Shown here piece after piece: positions 28,830-37,075 of a stretch of 64,000 nt of DNA. The position numbers and the translations under genes were made by a program. This DNA comes from a virus. The notes under the pieces were generated by a model. It did not search any database. It saw nothing but the letters and a program-made list of their open reading frames with translations, and was not told where the DNA came from. The stretch is taken from positions 607 to 64,606 of IMG/VR virus record IMGVR_UViG_3300009873_000022. One strand, given 5' to 3'. Numbering within the stretch: the first letter of the stretch is position 1; each line of letters opens with the position of its first letter.

Positions 28830-29135
28830 ATGAGATTCAATTGGAAAATGCCTACGACGCGCGAGAGTGGTCGCCCGCAACGTATTGAAGATCTTGCCGG
28901 ATACGATCTTCGAATGAAGGTAGAGGGCGCACCAGATTTCGTGTCCGTGTACGAGCCCGGTCCGGCAGACACGACATGCGTGCTTGATATCACGGATGTT
29001 GGCACGTACGAGTTTGAGCTCTATGCTGTCGGAAAGAACGGTAAGACAAGTCTTGCCCCCGCGCGTGCCAGCTTCGTTATCCCCGATGTCTCTGCTCCTG
29101 GTACGCCCGGTGAATTCTTAGTGACGCTGGTTTGA
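28830..29135 (+). CDS. Ig/FN3-like domain protein
   Basis: 101-aa ORF with a beta-sandwich-like composition. Confidence 0.4.
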   Translation: MRFNWKMPTTRESGRPQRIEDLAGYDLRMKVEGAPDFVSVYEPGPADTTCVLDITDVGTYEFELYAVGKNGKTSLAPARASFVIPDVSAPGTPGEFLVTLV

Positions 29136-29172
29136 TTAAGTTCATCAAGTCATGAAGGGAACTGGATAACTA

Positions 29173-29901
29173 ATGGCCTTCCGTGATTCAGTCGTAACGT
29201 CTGGAACCACCGGGGGAAGCCCGTCTGACGTGGCTGTCACTACTCCGACCATCGTCGCTGGTGACAGGCTCTACTGTTTCATTTGCGCTGACTCCCCTTC
29301 GGCAACGATTGATGACGTTCCTTCTGGATGGACGTTAATCGACTCCGCTCAAGGGGCCTCTCCTGACGGCCATCTGTACGCGCTATACGAGAAGCTCGTG
29401 GCGAGTGGGTCGGAAGGCGCGTCGCAGACATGGAGCTTCGATAGTTCGAGTGTTAGGTGGATGGCGATTATGGCTTCGTGGTCAGGACGCCACGCAACCA
29501 ACGCGCCTTCCTTCGCTACCGAAACGTACAACACGTCGTCGAATACGTCGCCTATTTCCCTGTCCGGGTCTAGTGGAACCGCTGCAGCGGGCGATGACAT
29601 CGCGCTTTTTATCGGCTACGACCAGACAGTCTCGACTGCTACTTGGACAACGGCAAGCTATTCGAGCAGCCTGACAGAGCAAGAAGATAGCAACCCGATT
29701 ATATGGCTTTCTGCGGCGCTCGCTACTCGCGATAGCGTCGGTGCTGGCGCGTTTGGCACAATAACAGCGACCGGCACCCGATCAGGAAGCGGTAATGCGG
29801 GCTATCTGATGTATGCGCTTGCCATTCCGGCAGCCCCGGGCGGCGGAAGTGACGGCGATACTGCCACGGTTGAAAAGTATAAACTGAGGATCGCAGCATG
29901 A
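29173..29901 (+). CDS. hypothetical fibre or decoration protein
   Basis: 242-aa ORF. It ends in TVEKYKLRIAA, a motif shared with the next gene. Confidence 0.45.
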   Translation: MAFRDSVVTSGTTGGSPSDVAVTTPTIVAGDRLYCFICADSPSATIDDVPSGWTLIDSAQGASPDGHLYALYEKLVASGSEGASQTWSFDSSSVRWMAIMASWSGRHATNAPSFATETYNTSSNTSPISLSGSSGTAAAGDDIALFIGYDQTVSTATWTTASYSSSLTEQEDSNPIIWLSAALATRDSVGAGAFGTITATGTRSGSGNAGYLMYALAIPAAPGGGSDGDTATVEKYKLRIAA

Positions 29902-30578
29902 GCAGAAACGTAGTAGACTCAGATACGTTCACTAGTTCAATTGACGCGAGCTGGGACAATGGTGTTGGCGGTACGCATCTTGGCGTTTGGGTGACAGGTG
30001 GGTACGTGCGCCCGAACTCGACTAGTGAAGCCGGGTACTTGATGCGCAATACTGGCACGTACGGCGCAGACCAGTACAGCCGTGTGACGCTGCAGACGCT
30101 GGCCTCTGGGGCCAATGAGCTTCATGCAGGAGTGTACAGCAACACTACCGACTATCAGAAGTACGATGCGTTCTTAATTGGCAATCCTGCTGACGTGAAG
30201 TACGGCATTTTCAAGGCCGCTGCCGGTGGAAGCGGTAACATGCTGATACAGTCAGACGGAACGAATGGAACGAGCGACATCCCCGGTGAGGCCGGTACTG
30301 CCGGTTGGATTCTGACACTGGAAGTGTGGGACAATGGCGACGGTACGCGAACGTTGAAGTTGTACACCGATGAGGGCAGTGGCGATGTGCTTCGCTTGCA
30401 AGTCGTTGATAATGGTACCATTGGTGGTGCGGTCATTACTTCTGGCCGTCCCATGTGTGGCGTTTACGCTCCAGGATCCGTTTCCAATGCGCAACTTTCG
30501 GCATGGGAAGGAGGCAATTTGACCACAGACCAAGGAGGCACAGTGGAGAAGTATCGCGTTACGAGGATCAAGGCATGA
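29898..30578 (+). CDS. hypothetical fibre or decoration protein, beta-sandwich-like
   Basis: 226-aa ORF. It ends in TVEKYRVTRIKA. Confidence 0.45.
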   Translation: MSRNVVDSDTFTSSIDASWDNGVGGTHLGVWVTGGYVRPNSTSEAGYLMRNTGTYGADQYSRVTLQTLASGANELHAGVYSNTTDYQKYDAFLIGNPADVKYGIFKAAAGGSGNMLIQSDGTNGTSDIPGEAGTAGWILTLEVWDNGDGTRTLKLYTDEGSGDVLRLQVVDNGTIGGAVITSGRPMCGVYAPGSVSNAQLSAWEGGNLTTDQGGTVEKYRVTRIKA

Positions 30579-31489
30579 CCAAGCTTCGCGTCATTCGTCG
30601 CGGTTCAAGTAACGTGTATATCCCTCCAACGGGAGGAACGGTTACGCGGCTGTTCACCGACGATTGCAGCGGCACGGACCCTGCAACGCTGTGGACTATT
30701 TCCGACGATCTTGGTAGCGGGTTGGATGCTCCGGGCGGCGAGTACGTACCCTACGCCGGGCAGGACTGGCATCTGATCGATCTGCACTACACGCAGATGG
30801 GCGTGAGCTTCCGCAACGAAGTGACGACGAAGTCGCAGGGGGCATGGAATGGTAGGACTGCATTTGACACAGAGTATTGGTACCGTCTCAGCATTAGACT
30901 ACCTGGTCCAAGTGACCCGAATGGATACCCGGAGTGGATTACCAGCTATCCAGATGCGTATTACGAAATTTTGACGCAGTGGCACGACAGTGCCCCGCGT
31001 ACTGCGGGATATAGTGCCAACCCGATTGCCACGCTATCTGTCGATTCACCAGCCGGTGCTTCTGCGCGGTGGAAGTTTCTAGCTCGCGGATATGGTGGTG
31101 GTGCTGGTGGACCAAGTGGGTTCAGCACGACTGGCAGCGTTGATCTTGGAGCATGGGCCGACGACCTCGGCACGGAAGTGGTCTTTGTATTCCGTTTTCG
31201 CTATGCATGGGCCACACAGACTGGGTTCGTCGAGGTGTGGAAGAATGGTGTCAAGATGGTATCCCAGTTTGATATGTATCTCGCTTACTATCAAGCTGAT
31301 GGATGGGCTCCGTATTGGAAAGCTGGCATTTACCATGGATGGGCAAACAGCCAGTCCGGTGCTCCGACTCCTCTTGGTCCTACGCGTCGTACGCATTTGA
31401 AGCGAGACTATCGTATGTGCACGGTAGCGGGTAATCCTGCTGTCCCCGTTGGAACTGACAATACCGGCTATCTGGATATGACAACATGA
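30575..31489 (+). CDS. putative polysaccharide lyase (PL7/alginate-lyase-like jelly-roll) depolymerase
   Basis: QWH is present as ILTQWHD, and YWKAGIYHG resembles the PL7 Q(I/V)H and YFKAGxY motifs. The start MTKLRV overlaps the upstream stop with ATGA. Confidence 0.45.
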   Translation: MTKLRVIRRGSSNVYIPPTGGTVTRLFTDDCSGTDPATLWTISDDLGSGLDAPGGEYVPYAGQDWHLIDLHYTQMGVSFRNEVTTKSQGAWNGRTAFDTEYWYRLSIRLPGPSDPNGYPEWITSYPDAYYEILTQWHDSAPRTAGYSANPIATLSVDSPAGASARWKFLARGYGGGAGGPSGFSTTGSVDLGAWADDLGTEVVFVFRFRYAWATQTGFVEVWKNGVKMVSQFDMYLAYYQADGWAPYWKAGIYHGWANSQSGAPTPLGPTRRTHLKRDYRMCTVAGNPAVPVGTDNTGYLDMTT

Positions 31490-33828
31490 CTAGCTATGTT
31501 GGAGCAGGCTTTGGCGTCACTACGGCTGTGCTACCAGCACACCAAGTGGATGACTTGATGCTCGCGTTCGCATACCGAGATGGCAGCAACACGCCACCTG
31601 GATTGTCTCCGGATGGATGGACTTCTGTAGTTAATTCAGGGGCTAACACTAATTCAATTAGACTAGGCTGGCTCAGGGCTAGCACGACTGGACATATAAG
31701 TGGAGTGTGGTCAAACGCTACGACACTGATTGTCAATGTGTATCGCCCGAATTCTGGATATCTACTCCGAGTAGGTAACTTCATAGTCAATGGTGGCGCG
31801 TCTAGTGCTGCCGTGTATCCGACGTTATCATTGCTAGATGTGAACAGCAAGTCATGGGTCGTGGCTTTCGCAGGGCATAGAAGTACAAATACTAATTTGC
31901 AGAATGCTCCAACAAGCATGACCATGCGGGCTAGTTCGGTAGATGCCACTGACGAGGGAGCTAGCTTTGACACTAATGGTGCAATGACCGCATGGAATGT
32001 GAGCAGCGTTGCGCTTGGTGGCACCGCATCAGGTTGGCGAGCCGTTGTACAAGAGATAGTAGAGTACCCTGTGAAGGTAGCTCAGGTGGAGAGCACCATC
32101 GTTCCAACCGAGCCCGGATTCACCGTCATTAATGTTGATGTAGTCAGGACGACTAATGTCCCCAGTGTGGAAGATGCGATAGCAAAGATTGGAAGATGGA
32201 TTCACAATGTAGACAGCACAATAGTTGTAACTGAAGCGTCAGTAGAGAGCACTACTGATACGACTGCTACTACAGTAGATGCCATTTCTACGGATGATAA
32301 CTATGTGAAGCTGCTTTCTAAGCTTCTAGCGGACGCTACTGTCATAATAGATGAGGTTTCGTCATCGTACATACCGGGTGGTGGCGGTGGGCCTACGGTT
32401 TCTGTACTTACAGATTTAGTCAGTATCGTAGATGAAGCATTGAGCATAGCTAGATATCTGCGCATAACTCAGGACTTGTTGACCCTAGACACTCCTGTCT
32501 TAGAAACAGACACTAGTCTGGTTGCTGTAGCTACTGATATTAGTGATGTCACTGATACTGTAACTAAGTGGCAAATTAGGCTTCTGCAGAGCGCTGCCGT
32601 TCTAGTCGATGCACTGTCTTCAGTTCTTACTGGCAGTGGTACCGTCCAGACTAAAGTTCTGGAAAGTGCGCTGGATGTGATAGATGTCTTAGTGAAGTCA
32701 CTTAGGGCATTGCGAGAGGAATCTATATCTGCAGTTTCAGAGGGACCACTCGAAAGGGTGTTTGACTACACTCAAGAGAGCAGTGTGGTATTAGACACTC
32801 CATCACTAGAGAGCTTCAGTTTCTTGGAGGCTAGGGCCTCGTCATCACCTGAAGTCAATGATGGCACAGTCAGCTTTGTGAGGTATGCGCGTGTTGCAGA
32901 GAGTTTATCTGTACTGATTGATTCGTTATCATCTTCTTTGCAACAGTCTGGAACTGTCAATACATCTGTTCTGTCATCTACTGTGACAGTAATAGACCAA
33001 CTTCTTAGAAGTTTGATGGATGTTCGAGAGGTAACTTCGGAGTTGGTGCTATCTGATTCGTCAGTCATGTGGTCTACGCTGAATAGGTTAGCTGAGTCAC
33101 TGGTAGTCTTGATCGATGAGGTAGTAAGTAGCACTATAGTTAGTGGAGGACTGTACGTCAAGACTCTTGAAGATATGATAACAGTGGTGTCTCAGATAAA
33201 CAAGATTCTAATCCTGCTGAGAGACGACAGTTCGCCTGTGACAGATAGCCCATTGATAAAGGCTCTGAGCATAGTCTCACAGAGTACAGTCGATGCAGTA
33301 TCTGAGGCAGTGACACGGCTAAGGTTCACACGCCTGTTGACCGATGAGTTAACTGCGTTCGATGATCTGGTTTACTACACACTAGGAATTCAGGTAAGAA
33401 CTCTTACCAGTGCCATCACGGTGTATGATGAGTTGGTGCAGGCTCTTTCGGCAGCTCGGCTATCTAGTGATGGCCTTCTGATAGTAGACTCTTTGTCTGG
33501 TCCACTACTTCGTGGTCGCATAATGGCTGACGACGTAATCGCATTCGATGCAGTGGTCACGACAGTGCTGCGTCAGTATGCATTCACGTCTGAGAGTCAG
33601 GTGACGCTGGACGACTCTGTTGTATCAATTCTTCGTGTTCGTAGAATACTTGATTCCATAGCTCTAACGGTAGATGACATCGTTTCAAATGTGTACCAGT
33701 TCTTTCTCACATATGGTGTCACCGTACCGAAGATATCGTTGTCTGTAGATACCATCAAGCTGCGCATGTTGCCAGCTGCAATACTAGGAATGCGCAGTGA
33801 CACCATTCGACTCAGTGTAGGAGCCTAG
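31486..33828 (+). CDS. fibre protein with internal repeats of about 45 aa
   Basis: 780-aa ORF. Three or more copies of a repeat like L(V/I)DxLSSxL..SGTV.T.VL.S...VID.L..SL lie between aa 360 and 565. Confidence 0.55.
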   Translation: MTSYVGAGFGVTTAVLPAHQVDDLMLAFAYRDGSNTPPGLSPDGWTSVVNSGANTNSIRLGWLRASTTGHISGVWSNATTLIVNVYRPNSGYLLRVGNFIVNGGASSAAVYPTLSLLDVNSKSWVVAFAGHRSTNTNLQNAPTSMTMRASSVDATDEGASFDTNGAMTAWNVSSVALGGTASGWRAVVQEIVEYPVKVAQVESTIVPTEPGFTVINVDVVRTTNVPSVEDAIAKIGRWIHNVDSTIVVTEASVESTTDTTATTVDAISTDDNYVKLLSKLLADATVIIDEVSSSYIPGGGGGPTVSVLTDLVSIVDEALSIARYLRITQDLLTLDTPVLETDTSLVAVATDISDVTDTVTKWQIRLLQSAAVLVDALSSVLTGSGTVQTKVLESALDVIDVLVKSLRALREESISAVSEGPLERVFDYTQESSVVLDTPSLESFSFLEARASSSPEVNDGTVSFVRYARVAESLSVLIDSLSSSLQQSGTVNTSVLSSTVTVIDQLLRSLMDVREVTSELVLSDSSVMWSTLNRLAESLVVLIDEVVSSTIVSGGLYVKTLEDMITVVSQINKILILLRDDSSPVTDSPLIKALSIVSQSTVDAVSEAVTRLRFTRLLTDELTAFDDLVYYTLGIQVRTLTSAITVYDELVQALSAARLSSDGLLIVDSLSGPLLRGRIMADDVIAFDAVVTTVLRQYAFTSESQVTLDDSVVSILRVRRILDSIALTVDDIVSNVYQFFLTYGVTVPKISLSVDTIKLRMLPAAILGMRSDTIRLSVGA

Positions 33829-33829
33829 C

Positions 33830-34114
33830 ATGAGGATAGAAGTACATGAGCGGATCGCAGGCACTACGATTGTGCCGACATGGGTTAATTCTGGCCCTGA
33901 TCCGTCCTTCATAACCAGCATATTGCGTACCGGCAGTGAGACTGTCGTCAGTACCGCCACTCCCGTTAGCAGTGGACCCAGCAACTACTTTGCCATCCAC
34001 GCACTTCCCACGACACCGAATGTGTGGTACGTGAATGAGTGGATTGCTTACATCTCAGCCAGTACGTACGTCTCTAGACAATATGTCAAGGCAGTAAAGC
34101 CGGAGGTCTACTGA
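33830..34114 (+). CDS. hypothetical protein
   Basis: 94-aa ORF. Confidence 0.35.
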   Translation: MRIEVHERIAGTTIVPTWVNSGPDPSFITSILRTGSETVVSTATPVSSGPSNYFAIHALPTTPNVWYVNEWIAYISASTYVSRQYVKAVKPEVY

Positions 34115-34115
34115 T

Positions 34116-34541
34116 ATGGGCGCGTATACGAATTGGGGATTGGTGGCTGGTAGATATCCTACCGTGGCTACCTCTAGGACAGAGGCCGATGCTGAGGACA
34201 ATTTCATTGCAGGAGCCGAGGGAGAAATCAATTCAAGGTTGGCTACGAAGTACACTACTCCGTTCTCAACTGTTCCCGCTCTAATAACTGATTTGGCAAC
34301 AGATCTGACGTACGTCAAATTGCGTCACTACACCAAGGATGTCAAGGGTGTCGCGGACCACATAGAATCTATCTTCAAGGGGCTCCTTGATGGTACAATA
34401 ACCCTGACTGAAGGTGAGTCATCCGGAGGCAACGAGGCTTATATCAATGAGACCTACCATTCTGCCTTTGGGCTTGACGACCCTGTAGAATGGAGTAGAG
34501 ATCAGGATCAGCTTGCTGAAGAGTCGGATGCGAGGCTCTGA
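34116..34541 (+). CDS. putative head-tail connector/adaptor
   Basis: The call rests on position, and the protein is 141 aa. Confidence 0.4.
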   Translation: MGAYTNWGLVAGRYPTVATSRTEADAEDNFIAGAEGEINSRLATKYTTPFSTVPALITDLATDLTYVKLRHYTKDVKGVADHIESIFKGLLDGTITLTEGESSGGNEAYINETYHSAFGLDDPVEWSRDQDQLAEESDARL

Positions 34542-35029
34542 TGGCAATCAAGTACTCATCATTCTCGTCTGTCAATCAGCAGCCATTCAGGTTGACGGCC
34601 GAGTTCAATCCTGCCAAGCTGACCGCGAAGCTAGAGGCACTGGCACGGCGACTCAAGACCTACAGGCGCACAGCTAATATCGCTGTGTCAACGCAATTGT
34701 ATGCGTGGACCATAAAGAATTTCGATACTGAAGGAAGCTCATTCGGTGGATGGAAGGCGCTGCGTCCCGCTACCGTGAAAGCAAAGAAACGTGAGGGCAA
34801 AGAAAAGATTCTAGTGAGAACCGGAGCGCTCCGTGCGTCGTTCTTGCCTTTTCACAGTGATGATAATGCGGGTATTGGCACAGAACTTGAGTATTCCGTC
34901 TATCATGAGAATGGTGTTCCGAGTAGAAATTTGCCGAAACGTCCAATGCTTCCGCCTAGAAAGGTAGTGCTAGATATCGGAATGAAGGTCTATCAGTTCT
35001 ACATCGACAAAGCGATTAAACAGTCATGA
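34541..35029 (+). CDS. virion morphogenesis protein (Mu gpG/Phage_tail_S-like)
   Basis: The pattern W..L.P.....K...GK.ILV.TGALR.S....GN..GIGT...Y...H..G.....LP.RP recalls Mu G. Confidence 0.55.
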   Translation: MAIKYSSFSSVNQQPFRLTAEFNPAKLTAKLEALARRLKTYRRTANIAVSTQLYAWTIKNFDTEGSSFGGWKALRPATVKAKKREGKEKILVRTGALRASFLPFHSDDNAGIGTELEYSVYHENGVPSRNLPKRPMLPPRKVVLDIGMKVYQFYIDKAIKQS

Positions 35030-35490
35030 ACATCATACCGCTAGACGTTGCATTGGTGGCCAGTACGATACAAGATATCCTTCGTACATCTGATGATATC
35101 GGTGGAAGGTCTGTACCGGTGACACGCGGATCTCCACCTGATGATTCCGCCATCACCGAGAATGGATGGGTAGGTATCTATCCTGAATCTGTGTCTTACC
35201 AGCCTAGGACCCTAGGTATTGCCACAGGGTTCATGTCGTATGAGGCGCGAATAAATCTGGTCGTCAGATACATGCACTTGTCTAACCCTGAGGAACTTGA
35301 GGATGCCCTCGAAGAACTAGTGCATTCTGTTGTAAAGGTTCTACTGACCAACGCTACGCTGTCCGGCACAGTCGAGGCCATGTCGCTTGGTCAAGTCAGT
35401 TACAGTGACTACGGAAACAGCACGGTCGGGTTCACACAGACAGCCATTCTATCATTCACATTCACGGGTTCAACTGAAATCATTGACTAG
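35026..35490 (+). CDS. putative tail completion protein
   Basis: 154-aa ORF with an ATGA overlap. Confidence 0.4.
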   Translation: MNIIPLDVALVASTIQDILRTSDDIGGRSVPVTRGSPPDDSAITENGWVGIYPESVSYQPRTLGIATGFMSYEARINLVVRYMHLSNPEELEDALEELVHSVVKVLLTNATLSGTVEAMSLGQVSYSDYGNSTVGFTQTAILSFTFTGSTEIID

Positions 35491-35504
35491 GAGGGAGTAC
35501 TTAA

Positions 35505-36500
35505 ATGAGCTATGGTGCGCAAGTAAAGATTGGTATCGCTCGGCAGTTGAACACGGGATCTTACGTGTCTGCTGCTGGTTCGTTTCATCAGTTCGCGTTT
35601 CTTTCGGATGACATCGGTGCAGAATTTTCCGAAGTCATCAGTGAGAACCTGATTGGAAGGTTCGAGCAGGGTGCGAGTTACCCTGGACCGCAGAATGTGG
35701 CTGGTACACTGACATTCGAACTGACTCCGAGAAACATCGGTGCTGCACTGGCCGCAACGGTGAATCACAGCCCGTCGTCTGTATCGTCGGGCAGTATCCG
35801 CACTGTGACGTTCTTGCCGACAACGGCAGACTTCGATTCTACACTGGTGAAGTCTCCGTTCAGTGTCTACAAGCAATTCACTGACTCTACGTCGGCAGAA
35901 CTGTTCTACGATGCTCAGTTCGCCCAGATGCAACTTACTCTTTCACAGGGTGCACTGACCCGCGGTTCAGTGACTGTCGTTGGTGGCAAGCGCCTTCCCA
36001 CTGGTATCGGCAGTCTTGCTGTTATTCCCGTGGCTGCCGATGTTACGCGTCACTTTCCATGGAATGTCGCTTCCATCAGCTGGAACGGTACTGGCGTGTC
36101 GAACATGTCAGAACTGACGATCAGTCTCAATGATCCGATCCAGCCGCTGTACGCCATCAACAACTCGCTCGAACCCTCGAAGTTCGCGCGTAGTGGGTTC
36201 CGTGAAGTGACGGTCAATGGTACGATCTATTTCAATGACCGAGTGTTGTTCAATGACACTACCACGGGCACGCAGCGCCGGCTCATCATCACGCTGATTA
36301 ATACCAGAACGGCCATTCAGTCTGGATACTACGATACGCTTCAGATTGATATTCCGCAGGTTCTGCTGACTGAAATGAAGCCGTCGGTCAGTGGTCCTGG
36401 TGAGCAGTCAGTGTCGTTCACGGGGCGCGCTACACTGGACCCGAGCAGCAACTACGCGATTCAGTTCATTCTTGTCAACACCTGGACGGCCGGGTACTGA
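35505..36500 (+). CDS. putative major tail (tube) protein
   Basis: 331-aa ORF with RBS GGAGGGAG, directly upstream of the chaperone and tape measure genes. Confidence 0.55.
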   Translation: MSYGAQVKIGIARQLNTGSYVSAAGSFHQFAFLSDDIGAEFSEVISENLIGRFEQGASYPGPQNVAGTLTFELTPRNIGAALAATVNHSPSSVSSGSIRTVTFLPTTADFDSTLVKSPFSVYKQFTDSTSAELFYDAQFAQMQLTLSQGALTRGSVTVVGGKRLPTGIGSLAVIPVAADVTRHFPWNVASISWNGTGVSNMSELTISLNDPIQPLYAINNSLEPSKFARSGFREVTVNGTIYFNDRVLFNDTTTGTQRRLIITLINTRTAIQSGYYDTLQIDIPQVLLTEMKPSVSGPGEQSVSFTGRATLDPSSNYAIQFILVNTWTAGY

Positions 36501-36518
36501 GTAACTTGGGAGGATCTA

Positions 36519-36818
36519 ATGAGCAATTATGTACGGACATCTACGGTCGAAGTTGAGTTTGATGGTGATAAGTTGACTGCGACCATCAAGGCTCTTGAAC
36601 TCGGTGATCTATTGAAGGTACAGAGCATCGATACTGAAGTTGATTTTCTGCAGTGGGCGCGAGAAGCCCTGCCGAAGTACATCAAGGTTGATGGACTGCG
36701 CGATGCTGCTGGAACAGACCTCACGATCGAAGATGTCTGCACTTCGGCATACTTCCTGCCACTAATGCTTGAGTTAGGCGGTCACCTTACAGAGACAGCC
36801 AAGCTCAAGCGCCCTTAG
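36519..36818 (+). CDS. putative tail assembly chaperone
   Basis: 99-aa ORF between the tube and tape measure genes. Confidence 0.45.
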   Translation: MSNYVRTSTVEVEFDGDKLTATIKALELGDLLKVQSIDTEVDFLQWAREALPKYIKVDGLRDAAGTDLTIEDVCTSAYFLPLMLELGGHLTETAKLKRP

Positions 36819-36841
36819 AAGCCCAGCGAGCCATTGCAGTA

Positions 36842-37075
36842 GTGGTCGCTGGGTACGTGACAGCAAAGGAATGGGAAGTAGTTGAGGGTGGAATGGAAAT
36901 GGCCGCATGGAAGCGGCTTTGGAATAGCTGCCATGCATGGGTGATGGGATGTCCTGTCAGGATTGCGTGGCCAGACAATGGTTCCACACTGGAGCAACCA
37001 GCAATAGCTGTACACTTGTTCGAGTTGATCTCAGTGGCAATGATTAAGGAGGCCGTGAAGTCACGTGGCAAATAA
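36842..37075 (+). CDS. small ORF in the -1 frame relative to the chaperone, between the chaperone and the tape measure gene (GTG start)
   Basis: The frame is open from 36779. No canonical slippery heptamer was found, so a programmed frameshift is unproven. Confidence 0.25.
   Translation: MVAGYVTAKEWEVVEGGMEMAAWKRLWNSCHAWVMGCPVRIAWPDNGSTLEQPAIAVHLFELISVAMIKEAVKSRGK

Noticed and set aside
36779-37075. Programmed -1 frameshift joining the tail chaperone (36519..36818) to the downstream ORF (G/GT-like)
   Set aside because: The -1 frame is open only from 36779, and no canonical XXXYYYZ slippery heptamer is visible in the 36779-36816 overlap. It may be a separate small GTG-initiated gene or nothing, so it is reported only as a low-confidence feature.
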